NCBI RefSeq assembly: GCF_036321535.1
Contig: NC_087437.1
Span: forward strand, 75,642,001-75,706,000
Direction of reading: 5' to 3'
Length of the DNA: 64,000 nucleotides
Source: Camelus dromedarius
Taxonomy: Eukaryota
A program made the position numbers and the translations under genes. The stretch's first letter is position 1. Each line of letters starts with the position of its first letter. The notes beneath the pieces are model-generated. The model was not told the DNA's origin and ran no database searches. It saw nothing but the letters and a program-made list of their open reading frames with translations. This document shows, one piece after another, positions 12,661-25,229 of this stretch.

Positions 12661-13429
12661 ATAGGTATTATAATGTTCCATAGACCAGAACCAAATGTGG
12701 TAAATATACAACAGAATGTTCCACCATATTTTAAGGTAGATGATTATAGTACTAATTGAATTAGACCAGATTTGCAAATTGTTCTCAAAAATCATTAAGT
12801 CTCCATAAAGCTACTGAGTGTGTCAGATGTGCATCCCCTGCACCATTTTTTGATATTTTACTGCCTTCCTAACAAAACCCAGTTCCTTTCACTGCTTCTC
12901 AAATCAATTGACTGAAGCAGTCCAAGCGTCTTCTTACATGATGGATTCAAAGATCATGCTTGTACAACTAGAAATATGTAGAATGCAGAACTAGTTCAAT
13001 TACTTGACTATAAAAAAAACACTAATTCAGTTCACTGCATCATTGATCTATTTAATTGTATAGCAGCTTCCTATTGATAACAGGAAACGTCCCTGACCCA
13101 ACCATGCTGAAACTGGCCAGTTTTCCACAAGCACAAATTTCAGAACACACAGAGACTAAAAATCACAGCCAGAGTTTATTAGATTTTTCTTAGTTTCCCT
13201 TGCCCTTGCATATGGCCTGATTTCTCCTATGCTTGCTGGACTTCGCTGGTCATTATACGTTAGCCTGTACTTATGTTCGTGACTGGATATTTTATTTCAG
13301 ATAGACATTGTTAGAGATTTTAAGCTATCTATTCATCTGGTTCTTAGAAACCATTCAGCAATCCACGAGCTTTACAGAAGGTACCACTAATCCAGAAGTG
13401 CCACCTTCAGTCACAAATGTGACCTCTTG

Positions 13430-13900
13430 GTTTACGCAGATGCTATTAGTACACTTATGCTGTACAAATACAACAAAAATTGATGAATTACTACTATATT
13501 TGGGGCACAGTATTAGGTGCTGAGGGAAACTAATATGAATAAGACATTATCCTTCTCTCCGAGAACTCACAGTCTAATGGGAAAGACACATGCATATAAT
13601 TAAAATGTTATAAATACTAAGTTTCATAATAGAGAAAGAGTGTTACTGAAGCTGAGTGGAAAAAGTAATTCTAACTTGGAGGAAACAGAGAAGAATTCAT
13701 AGAGTTGATCCTTGAGGGATGTGTCAGATTCCAGTAGCAAAGAAAAATGGGAAAAGCCATTCCAGGCAGAAGGAAAGAAGCAAAGTCATGGGGATTTGAT
13801 GGGGAGTAAGTATGCTGGATCAGATAGTCCAGAGGAAGTATTAGAGGAACACTGGGATAAAAGGAAGATAAAATGGAGTTTGAATAGCAGGATAAGAGTC
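13430..13900 (-). mobile_element. L2 LINE remnant
   Basis: ggcacagtattaggtgctgaggg..atgaataagaca..ctcacagtctaatggg..cattccaggcagaagg. Confidence 0.7.
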
Positions 13901-13947
13901 AAGCAGGAAAAGTGGTAAATCAAATATGCATAATGCAATAAACTGTC

Positions 13948-13987
13948 ATAATAATAATAATAATTAATAATAATAATAATAATAATA
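13948..13987. repeat. (AAT)n microsatellite
   Basis: Direct reading; one interruption. Confidence 0.95.
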
Positions 13988-14129
13988 GAACTGGATGCAG
14001 TGGAATGCAATTGAGCAAATATGAATCCACTGAGAAAAAAAGGATACTTCAACCAGGTCTTCTAGAATTTTGCAAAATAAAAGAGGAGAAGCAGCATTCT
14101 AAGAACTAACATGAACAAAGGCACAAAGA

Positions 14130-14330
14130 TAGTGAAAATACCAATTATATCTCAGTATGCCAGGCATGGCGCTAAGCATATTATCTGTATTACCAGATTT
14201 TATTTTGCAACTGAGTGAGGGAGGTATTATTTCCATTTTACAGATGTGAAACTGAGATTCAGAGAAGCTAAGTAACATGTCCAAGACCACACAATAGTGG
14301 ACTTAGGATTTGAAGTCATAATATATTCAA
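14130..14330 (-). mobile_element. MIR SINE
   Basis: Core ccattttacagatgtgaaactgagattcagagaagctaagtaacatgtccaagaccaca. Confidence 0.8.
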
Positions 14331-14462
14331 TCTGAGAAATGTAAACATATATGATGTAGGAGGGTAAAAGTAAGTCAAGTTAGCTATAGTATAATAAAAT
14401 GTTTTAATTATAGTAATCCTTGATTGAGCAGCTACTATTTTGCAAGGAACTTAATATATATA

Positions 14463-16438
14463 CAGGCATACCTCAGAGATACTGCAGTTCAGTTCCAGAC
14501 CACCACAGAAAAGCAGTGAGTCACAGGAATTTTTTGGTTTCCCAGTGCATGTAGAAGTTATGTTTATGCTCTACTGTAGTCTATTAAGTGTGTGATAGCA
14601 TTATGTCTAAAAAAAGTACATATATTAATTTAAATATATTGCTGAAATATGCTAGCCATCATCTGAGCCTTCAGTGAGTCATAATCTTTTTGCTGGTGGA
14701 GGGTCTTTTCCCCTGTTAATGGCTGCTGACTGATCAGGGTGGTGGTTGCTAAAGGTTGGGGTGGCTGTGGCCATTTCTTGAAATTAGACAAAAATGAAGT
14801 TTGCTGCATCGATTGACTCTTCCTTTCATGAACGATTTCTCTGTAGCCTGTAATGCTGTTTTATAGTGTTTTACCCACAGCAGAACTTCTTTCAAAATTA
14901 GCCAGTTTTCTCAAATCCTGCTCTTGCTTTGTCAACTAAGTTTATGTCATATTCTAAATCCTTTGTTGTCATTTCAACAATCTTCACAGCATCTTTACCA
15001 GGAGTAGTTTCCATCTCAAGAAAACACTTTTTCTGCTCATCTATAAGAAGCAACTCTATTGAACTCATCCATTCAAGTTTTATCATGATGCAGCAAATAA
15101 GTCACATCTTCAGGTTCCACTTATAATTCTTGTTCTCTTGTTATTTTCATCACATCTGCTGTTACTTCCTCCATGGAAGTCTTCAACCCGTCAATGTCAT
15201 TCATCCATGAGGGTTGGAATCAACTTCTTCCCAACTCCTGTTAATGTTGATATTTTGATCTCTTCCCATAAATGCCGAATGTTCTTAATGGCAGCTAGAA
15301 TGATGAATGCTTTCCAGAAGTTTTTCAGTTTTCTTTGCCCAGATTCATCAGAGAGATCACTATCTTTGGCAGCTGTAGCCTTATGAAATATATTTCTTTA
15401 AGACTTGAAAGTCAAAATGACTCCTTGATCCATAGGCTGCAGAATGGGTATCATGTTGGCAGGCATGAAAACAGCAGGTACCTAATTGTACATCCCCATC
15501 CGAGTTCTTGGATGACCAGGTACATTGTCAATGAGCAGTAATATTTTGAAGGGAACCTTTTTTTCTGAGCAGTAGGTCTTAACAGTGGGCTTGTTTTCCA
15601 CAAGCCATGTTTGTAAACAGATGTGCTGTCATCCTGGCTTTGTTGTTCCATTTATAGAGCACAGGTAAAGTAGATTTAGCATAATTCTTAAGCCCTAGGA
15701 TTTTCAGAATGGTAAATGAGTGTTGGCTTCAACTTAAAGTCACTAGCGGCATTAGCTCCTAACAAGAGTCAGCCTGTCATTTGAAGCTTTGAAGCCAGGC
15801 ATTGACTTCTCCTCTGTAGCTATGAAAATCGAAGATGGCATCTTCTTCCCATATAAGCCTGTTTCATGGATGGGATCTTCTGGATAACTTGCTACAGCTT
15901 CTACATCAGTACTTGCTGCTTCACCTTGTACTTTGATGTTATGAAGGCGCCTTCTTTTCTTAAACCTCATGAACTAACCTCTGTTAGCTTCAAACTTTTC
16001 TTCTGCAGCTTCCTCATACCCAGCCATCACAGAACTGAAGAGAGTTAGGGCTTTGCTCTCAATTAGGCTTTGGCTAAAGGGAATGTTACGGCTGGTTTGA
16101 TCTTCTCTCCTGGAAGTAGTAAGACTGTTTCGCTCCCTTATCATTCATATGTTCACTGGAGTAGCACTTTTAATTTCCTTCAAGAACTTTTCCTTTGCAT
16201 TCACAATTTGGCTTAACTGTTCGGTGCAAGAAGCCTGGCTCAGCTTTCAGCATGCCTTCCTCACTAAGCTTAATCGTTTGTAGCTTTTGATTTAAAGTGA
16301 GAGACGTGGAACTATTCCTTTTGTTTATACACTTAGAGGCTGTTATAAGGCTACTCACTGGCCTAATTTCAACCATGTTGTGTCTCAGGGAATAGGGAAG
16401 CCTGAGAAGAGAGGGAGAGACAGGAATGGCCAGTCAGG
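14463..16438 (-). mobile_element. Tigger1 (pogo-like) DNA transposon; transposase disrupted, one TIR lost
   Basis: TA + TIR caggcatacctc at 14461-14474; minus-strand ORF fragments [64 protein letters not shown] and [24 protein letters not shown] match Tigger1/TIGD1 but lie in different frames. Confidence 0.93.
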
Positions 16439-16829
16439 GATGTCACAATTTAATACAGTTTGGGCTCAGGAAAAGGCAATCCTGGGGTTTCAATCTGGGG
16501 GCAGCAGGCCAGGGTTCAGATCAGAGTTGGTATGACACCAGATGCTAAATTAGGTCATGCCAGATTGTGGAAAAAGAGAGTAAGAGCTGGTCCTCCCAGG
16601 CCCTGGGGCTGGAAGTGAAACAGGACAGAGGCAGGGGTACTGGATGGGCCTCCCCTGCAGTGACCATCCCTCGGAGAGGATGCAGAAAGTCCAGGACACC
16701 AGAAAACGGCATGGCTCTTGGAAACCACTCAGCAGTCCCATTATTTGCAGAGGATACAGCTCTTCCAAAAGTGCCCCCTTCAGTCAGTTTCTTATCTCCT
16801 TGTTTAGGCAGATACTGTTGGTCCTACTC

Positions 16830-17410
16830 TCACCGGGAGGCTGGAAGGTGGTGGAGGAGCACTGGCCCCACTCACACCCGCTGGCCGTGAGCAGTTCCGC
16901 CCCACTCATTCCTGCGCCCCTGTGGCCGGGAGCGAGTGAGGCTGACACAGCTGCGCAACTCGGACAGAATCTGGGCCAGAATCTGGAGTCGCCCGTGCCC
17001 CAGGAGTCTCTACCACAAGCCTGGAGTGGGTGAGGTGGTGCAGAAACAGACTGGGAAAAAGCCCGAGGACTGGAAATGCTTACCCACAAGGACTGGCCAG
17101 GGGACAGAAACTAAGAAGCGTTACTCAGATCACTTAAATCCAAATGAGAGAAATGTAGCTTCTAATGTTTCCCTTCTTTTCCGCCTTCCCTTGGTCCTTG
17201 TGTACTGCTTTAATTTTTCACTTTGATTTGTAATTGGAACAAACCTCCAAAAAGAAAGTTCACTTTGTTATAAAATGATGGTAATGATCCCTCCCTCTGG
17301 GGAGCTGTGAGGCGTAAATGGGGTGGTGGAGCTGACGGCACCATGGGGCGCTCCGCGTGTAGGTCTCCCCACCTCCGGCACCGCTGCCCCCCTCCCCCTC
17401 CCCTGGGGTG
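16830..17410. promoter_or_regulatory. GC/CpG-enriched unique segment, candidate enhancer or weak promoter
   Basis: Local CpG clusters at 16870-17000 and 17310-17400; GC box tccgcccc at 16896-16903. Confidence 0.35.
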
Positions 17411-20399
17411 CTAAGCCTCAGCTTATAAATCCCTGCATCTCATCATCAAAAAAAATAGAAACAGATGTGATTAAATTAGATGTGGCTGATTTCTACATAC
17501 AGGCTTAATAGTGAGAGAAAAGAAGCAAGCCTTTGGCTTCCAAATCAGCTTTCACAGTGTATTGAAAGGGTGTTCTCTACCATACCCTTTAATGGGTGAG
17601 AAAATTGAAATCATCGGCTGAATAGAACGACCCTCTCCAAATTTATAGTTGTAGTCTGTGCCCTGGGAGACAGTTTCTTGTCTGTCACTTAGCATTTGGG
17701 AAATTCCAAGGAGTCGAAAGAAGCAAGACAATGAATCATTTGGAAGTACTTATCCTTCCAGTTCTGGAGCAAACCAGTCCACCAGAATCACCTTTATAGG
17801 ATTTCAGCACTGCTGTTTTGTAAGTGCAAAGACTGTCATCATCGGCCCGTTTACCTTTTCGCCTTAAGAGAAGTAGCCAGGGCTTACGATTATAGGGGTC
17901 AGCAAGTTCCACTTGTGGACCAACCTTTCCTGTAATAAGATTCATCTAGCTTCCCTTAGAAATTCACACAGCTTTCAAAGTACAGTTCCATTAGCCCCGT
18001 TTTAACTCCCTTGAGGCCAGGGAGCTCATGATCTTCAACAAACCTCAACAGGAATCTAAAGCCATTCTAAAGGCTACTCAACTGCCAGTTCTTAGGGAGT
18101 TGATGGATGTCTACACATCCCAGCAGCCTCTCTACCCCTACCTTGGAGGTCAGGCTGAGCTCTGGAAAGGGAGAACATGGTAGTGTTGCCATGGTGCGAG
18201 GTTGTATCACGTCTGCACCTCCTGCAGCACCACCAACTCCTCCTCACCACCCGAGGGTCCAGGGATCCCCAAGGAGACCACCCCCACTTGTCTCCCATGA
18301 TGATCTGTGCCTATGTGTATGAGTATGCATACGCACACACTAACATTCAAAGCTCAGAATAATTTCACAGAAAATTCAGATTAAGACCTCAACTAAAAAT
18401 CAGAGGTTGCCACAACCTGAAGCCTGCATTCCATCTGTGACAACCAGAGCAAGAGGAGCGATGCTTGCGGTTGGACCTCAGTCCTCACCACTCCCGGGTG
18501 TGTTCCTGAAACGAGGCCATCACTGGCAGTTCTGAATACGAAACATAATGACACTGGATTATAAGAATTCTCTTGGCTGCTTCACTCCTCTGTGTAACCT
18601 GTGGAGCCCAGAGGGCATTTAAGTGGAAACCAGTGAATTTTCGCTGCCTGATAGACTCTAATCACCACCACAGGTGCCAGCAACACCAGACCCATAGAGC
18701 CACCCACTTTCAGAAAAAAAAAAGATCAGCAGGTTTATTCCCTCTCACTGAGTTCGAAGAGCTCTTGGGTGGACTTGGTACCAGGCTCCTAAGGCCGTGG
18801 GCCTATTCCCAGGGCTAGAACGTGGGCTGGCAGGGCTCTGAGTTTGGCACTGGGTCCCTTTGACATTTCCTGTCTCTTCAGGGAGCAGAAAACCAGCACC
18901 CCTCACAGGCCAGTTCAGTGTGAGCTGGCTGAAAGGAAGGTTTTTTTTGTTGTTGCTGTCATTCAAGTATTGATATCCCGATATTTTATATCCATGTGTG
19001 CATATTTTACACATATTTAGGCCTGGATGATATTACAGTGGAAAACTTAGATATCTTATTGCTCTATAGTTCAGCTGAGGTTGGGAAGCCCTGGCCTAGA
19101 GGGGTGGGCTGTGTTTCCTGACATCTCAGTTCTCTTTCCAAGGTGAGGAAGTGCCCTGCTGAGACATTAATAGTCCTATTAATCTTTAATAGACCTTATC
19201 CTATTAAACAGCATGTCTATCCATTCTCACTCTGCTTTCCCATTCAGCCACAGAGATGCCCAAAGCAGAAACCACTACCCTGATTTAACGAACAGGAGGC
19301 TCAGGTGAAGTGAGCTGCTCACGGGCATTTGGGTGGTGGAGGAGAAGTCAGAGAAAAGCCAGCCTCCTAGCCGGCAGCCCAGGATTCTTTCTGAGACTGA
19401 TGCCTCCACAGACTCCAGTGAACATTTAAAACCTAGCTGCTGATTGAATAAGCTGCCCACGGTCCCTGGCAGTGAGTACATAGGAAGATAAAGCAGGTTA
19501 TTAAGAATACACATGCACTGAACCGAAAGTTCCTGCACGTTGTACGGAGTCAGAGGCTTAAAGCAGTTGTCAAGGCACTCTATGATGAAAAATGGTCATG
19601 GTTGGAATGTGCTTTTTTATCTCACTAATTCTATAACCTAACTTTTATCAGGAACCTCAGAGCTGAAGAACTCAAACTGCATTTTGAAGCTTATCTTATT
19701 AACATTCAGCACCACACCCTCAATGGGTGTGGGGCACGAATTGTTATTTTCACGTTTCCAGTGGAAATGTGTCACTGAAAAGGAGCATGGCCATGTGTGT
19801 CTGGGTTAAGGACCTAGAGCCTGTTTTCTCTTAGCGCCATCACCCGTGTCTGAATCAGCTCTGCCTTCCCCGGAAAGAAACAACACTGAGATAAACCAAG
19901 TGGGATGCGGTCATTTCAGTCTGATGTCCCCGGCATCACAGTCTGACCAAAATAATAAGATCAAAGCCCTAAGGCTATGATGAAAATAAAAGGCTATGAT
20001 GAAGTGAGGTCAGCACCTGGTACTCAAATGTTCCTAGAAAAGAAGTAAAAAAACACAGATGTTTATCATTACACAATGGCAGTTAAAAACTGTATCTCCC
20101 AGTGAAAGCAGCCAGCATAGACATCCATGCAGTGAACACACGAGAGCTGGGAATTTAGATTCGATTCCAATGATCTTTCAGCCTGATCTTGAGCATCTGT
20201 GTGTCAATTTCACTGCCTCCAACACTTCTCACTATTTCTCATTCTGCAAATCTCTCTGTGTGTTTTGTTTTTGTTTTTGTTTTTGTTTTTTAAAGCAGGC
20301 CAAAGAACCTGGAATTAGCAACCCCAATAACCACAGAAAAGAACATAAGAAATGTTATGCAGGGCAGGTCAGTGATCCATGTGGTCAAGAATTCTGTCA

Positions 20400-21060
20400 C
20401 CATTATCTGAGACATTTGGGAGAGGACGTGACTTCTTAAAAACTGGTGTTTCACTCCTAAAAACTTATCCTACAAATACAGAAATCACTTGAAGATTATT
20501 CATTGCAGTGACACTTGTTAAAACAAAAAATTGGGAACAAACTGGTGGCCATTAATAAAAAATTGGTTGAATAAATTATGGTATATCCATACAATGGACT
20601 ATAACTCAGCTCTGAAAAAGCAATAAAGAAGGTCTTTATGCACCAACAAGGAATGATCTCAAGGACATATTGTCAAATAAATAAAGCAAGATACATACAA
20701 ACAACTATGTATAGGATGCTGCTATTGGGTTAACAATTGTCAGGATGAATATATTTCATCATTTAATATATATTTATTGACATCTTCAATGTCCAGGAAC
20801 TTCTCCAGACCCTGAGGATATGGGAGTAAATAAGACAGACTAAATTTCCTGTCTTCAATGAATTTACTCCTCTTTGTCTATATATGCACTTTAAAAAGTA
20901 TTTTAAAAGACACAGTAATTACCTGTTGGGAGAGGCAGAGGCTGGGCAGGTGTGGGACAGGGGCAAGAGAACAAGTTTTCACTGTATGGCCTTTTATTTT
21001 TCCTACACATTTAAATCAAATAAAATGCAAATAAGAAAATTAACAAGAAAATTTTAAACA
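20400..21060 (+). mobile_element. Old L1ME-type 3' end with an embedded L2 piece
   Basis: aattggttgaataaattatggtatatccatacaatggactat..ggaatgatctcaaggacatattgtcaaat. Confidence 0.7.
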
Positions 21061-21989
21061 TCATTCTTTATTAATCTGATATGGATTTGCACTCAGTAAT
21101 TTATCCAAACCTCTCTTGAACTTCTTTATCTATCTAGCCTATGTACTACCCACTGTGCACACTCTCTCACGTATCTACTGGTTGAGTTTAAATAAAATAT
21201 CATTCCTTTTGTTTATCCTATAAGCATTTCTTTCTTGGTTCCAAAACAGCCCTTTCATCTAATATTCTGAGATTAAATGAGCATATTTATGTTTATTGTC
21301 CTCAAACCATTCATTAATCTATAAGCCTTAATGACATCTCTCCATTATCTTTACCTTCTCTCACTAAAGAGTTCTCATTCCTGGTAACGAATTCCTTACT
21401 TCCATTCTGTTAATTACATAAATCAGCTTCTCTGCTGGTGATGGAAGCGACTAGGATGCCATTCTTCCTGCTACTAGAACCATCACCACCAGCCTCACCT
21501 CTCCCATGACTACCTTTCACGTTTATGTTCATCCATGAACTCTTTGCCCTCAGAAAACACCCAAAAATGATCATTCTAGAACACAGACTTTTTTTTTTAA
21601 AGAATCCTTGCAGTAAATTTATCTCTTCCTGCCCACCCCCCACATCATTCCTCTAACTCCCAGTTTTCAGCCTGTCCCTTGTTCCCTTTATACCCTCCAT
21701 GGAGGACGCTGTGCTGGGTGCCCACCATTGAGTTTCATGTTGTACGACGTGTTTCTACCCCTCTTCTCTCACCTAGGCCTTGAATTGCCAAACTAAAAGG
21801 CATTTCCCTCTTCTATCTTCCTCAGCCCTCCTGCAGTGTTTGAAACAGCTTGAAATCATTTATACCGGTCATAGATCACAGGCTCCCATCATCAAGATGG
21901 CTGGTCCTTGGCTGCTAGTTGACAAAGAGATCCTTGGCCTCTTACAGAGGGGCCTCTGGAGATTCCTGTGGGCCCCAGTCTCTCCAGTT

Positions 21990-22580
21990 TAGGAATATTC
22001 ATGCAGCCTCTGTAGCAGATGCTGTCAGGCTCTGCCCACTTCACCTGGGATCCCCTTCTAGGGTGACCGACTAATAGTTTGGACTGCCTAGAACTGAGGT
22101 AGTTCACAAGATGTGGGACTTTCCATTTTAAATACAGACAGTCCCTGGCAAATTGGGATGAGGTCACCCTCCCTTTACAATTTTACACACACTGCTTCTG
22201 GGTGCCTCTTCACTCCCAAAGGCCAGCACCTGTCTCCTTGCTGGAGGGCTGCCCTCAGGCTGCTAACCTCCCTCACCTCCTGCCCTAGAGAGCCAGAAGT
22301 GACTGAGAGCTTACATGTCCTTGAGGCAGCTCTTAACTAATGGCGAAAGGGTAGAGAAGTTTAGATGCACCACTGTCTTTGACCTTGATGGGGACGAGGC
22401 TGAGCTATGACTTACGTGGTCTCCAGGACTCCTTGCTGGGTTAGGTCAATCTTCCCTTCCATGGGACTCTGGTGCACATCCCTGCTTGGTGGTCCTCCCT
22501 TTGCTGTCCCACTTCCCCATTCCCATCTAGTTTTCCTGGGAACACCTCCAAATAAATCATCCTTATCTCAGAGTCTGATA
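21990..22580 (+). mobile_element. LTR16-like ERVL solo LTR, interrupted by MER81
   Basis: 3' part ttcctgggaacacctccaaataaatca..tctcagagtctg resembles the LTR16 end. Confidence 0.6.
22059..22170. mobile_element. MER81-like hAT-Blackjack MITE
   Basis: TIRs agggtgacc (22060-22068) / ggtcaccct (22162-22170), ~110 bp, internal gacagtccctggcaaattgggatgag. Confidence 0.8.
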
Positions 22581-22584
22581 TTTT

Positions 22585-23465
22585 GGTTATCTATCCCTGT
22601 ATAGTAAACCATCCCAGAATCTAGTGGTTAAAACAACCATTTTATTATCTCTCACAGTTCAGTGGGTTGACTGGCAGCGGTGGGTGGTTCTTCTAGTTCA
22701 TGTGATGGCTGGCAGCTGGGGCTGCAGTCATGCGGGGGCTCTACTGGGGTGGGATGTCCCTGATGCCCCACGCCATGGATCCTCATGTGTCTGAGGTCCC
22801 CTGATGCTTCTGCTTGTCACATGTGGGATCTCTCACGTGCTTATGGTCAGATAGCAGCTGGGGCTAGAGTCATCTGAAGGACCAAGCAGAAGGCTGGATG
22901 GCTGGTCTGTATTTCCTCTCCATGCAGTGTCAAGGCTTTTCCTCTGGTACTAGTTTCCCAGAGCTGCTATAACAAAGCACCACAAACTGGTGGCTTAAAA
23001 CAGCAGATATTGATTCTCTCACAGTTCTGGAGGCTAGAAGTCCAAAATCAAGGTACCAGCAGGGCCATGCTCCTCCTGTGGGCTCTGGGGGAGACTCCTT
23101 CCTCACCTCTTTCTAGCTTCTGGCAGGTTTTGTCAATCCTCCAGGCTCCTTGGCTTGGGCAGCATCCCACATCCTCTGCCTCTGTCCTCACATGGCCTCT
23201 CCCCGCGGGTCTGTGTTTTCACATGGCCTTCTCATGAGGGCACCAGCCATTGGCTTTGGGTTCCAGCTAATCCACACGGCCTCATTTTTACTTGATGCCA
23301 TCTGCAAAAGCCCTATTTCCAAAAGAGGTCTCACTCACAAGTTCTGGTTGGGCAAATGGTCTCTCCACATGCCCCTCCATCACAGTCTCCAGACTACTTT
23401 CAAGCAGCTCGAAACACCCAGAAACACAAAAGTAGAAGCTACCAGGTCTTCTTAAGACTTGCCAA
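22585..23465 (-). mobile_element. Older MLT1 (MaLR) LTR split by a younger MLT1
   Basis: aaaccatcccagaatctagtggttaaaacaaccattttattatctctcacagttc; resumes at ~23355. Confidence 0.7.
22945..23352 (-). mobile_element. MLT1B/C-like MaLR LTR nested in the older MLT1
   Basis: tagtttccc..gctgctataacaaagcaccacaaactggtggcttaaaac..ctctcacagttctggaggctagaagtccaaaatcaagg. Confidence 0.85.
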
Positions 23466-24427
23466 TTACTTGCCAATTACTCCCACTGGGCCTAGCACTG
23501 TTTTAAATGCCGAGTGAAGAACAAGACAGGCAAGGTGCCTGTGTCATACAATTTCCATTATAGTGGCAAGAGCATTACTGAACACTTCCCTTGCCGAGAA
23601 CTCTTTGGGTTACCATGTTGTGATTGTGTGGGGAGAATAACAAAACTACATCTGACACCTGGACCCTAGTTGTGCTTTGGATTCCAGACAGAATGAAAGA
23701 TAAAGTAGCCTGTCTCCTGGCTTAAACCCATAATGTCCTTGAGCCTCTGTTTCCTCAACACATAACGGAGGGTTTGAACCAGGTGATCTAAGAGCCTTTT
23801 GGCTCAGGTCTCCACCATTGACGCAACTGCTTTCCTTTGTTCAAACAACTTTACAACTTTCATCTTCTTCACAGGCTTTAGAAGCAGCTAATGTTTTGGG
23901 GGGATGAGTAAGGAGGGACTGAGAACTTATAAAGAGGAAGAAAGTAGATGAGGGTCCTGGACAGTTGAAAACTACCTCTCCTGCTTCACAAGACATTCCA
24001 TATTGATGCACCCTTTCCTTTCAATGGTGACACTTCCCCAAATTATTAATACCCACCTGCTCGAATTGTGGTTTCCATCTCAACTGACCCATTTGGCAGG
24101 AGTGACAGGCTGCAAATTGTGATCTGGGCCAACATCATATGATTTTTCACCATTGCTATCTTGAGTGTACACCTGTTTCAGAGAATGCCAGGTGTTAGGC
24201 AACAGATGTTCTGGGGATTCACAAAGAAAAACAGGTACCTGCTCCTCTATGTTTCTTAGCATAAAACCACAGTGATACCCATTAATATGCTTGAATGGAA
24301 GGGACCAGAGGGTCAGCCCACTGGGGGCATATCTGTATGTCATTCCAAGCAAGTCAGTAGAGCTGAGAATAGGGCTTTTTTGAGAATAAGTGTTAACAGA
24401 GCTCTGAATAAAAGGTGACTGTGTGCC

Positions 24428-24555
24428 AGTGTTTTTTCTAAGTGCAGTACAGGGACCACATGCATCAAAAGTACTTGGGCTGCATATTAAAGTGTAGATT
24501 ACTGGGCCAGTCTTAGAGAATCAGAGTTAGTAGGCCTGGCACTTAATCATTTCCC
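24428..24555. mobile_element. MER5-like hAT-Charlie MITE
   Basis: cagtgttttttctaagtgcagtacagggaccacatgcatcaaaa..attaaagtgtagattactggg. Confidence 0.6.
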
Positions 24556-25229
24556 CAAAACACACTGAAAATATGGAATCCTATTAGTATCTCATCCTTT
24601 CATGCAATTCTCAACACCCCCGTTCTTTCTTCGAGGAGATGTGGATTCCAGGTCAGACCTTCAAAAATTTCCTTCCTGCTGGGGACCTGGAATGAGCCCA
24701 GCCATCAGTATCACCACTACCACCCTCTCCCTTCCCTCCACCCTCAACTCTGCATGCCTCACTTCTGCTGAAGCTGTAGGAACAAAAAATCCAAGGGTGC
24801 AGCAAAAAATAGAGCCTGAAGAATCACCCCAACCAAGGGCCAGCAATAGGCTCTGCCTTGAAGGCACGGTAGCTGGGAAGCACAGAAGGCTGGAGACGCA
24901 GGGAAGTGTGGTGAGTGGGGTGGGAAGACGGACACCCAGGCCAGTATCACAGAGCTTCACGCTGCAGGGAGCCAAGTTTCACGACCCAGAGATGGAAGAC
25001 TAGATCACACCCTTTTGCCATATGTCACTGAGAAAATGAAAAGGATTCTGCAGTGAGATATTCAGAGTGTGCTAAGAAGCTTACAATAGAAGAAGAAAGT
25101 TTTGAGTCAAAGAATTTTAACTACCTTAAAATTTAGTATAGTCCCTATCACTCAACAGAGATTTTTAGTTTTTACTATTTAGTCTGTTGCATTTAAAATT
25201 AATTCTGTTGTGTTTTTAAAGTCATTCAT

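Noticed and set aside
14898..16376. TIGD1-like domesticated transposase gene
   Set aside because: Multiple frameshifts, stops and deletions; lies inside a TIR-bounded Tigger1 copy
16550..17226. Overlapping 70-130 aa ORFs (similarly 24602-25003 and 44352-45076)
   Set aside because: Expected in GC-rich, stop-poor DNA; no recognisable domains or exon chain
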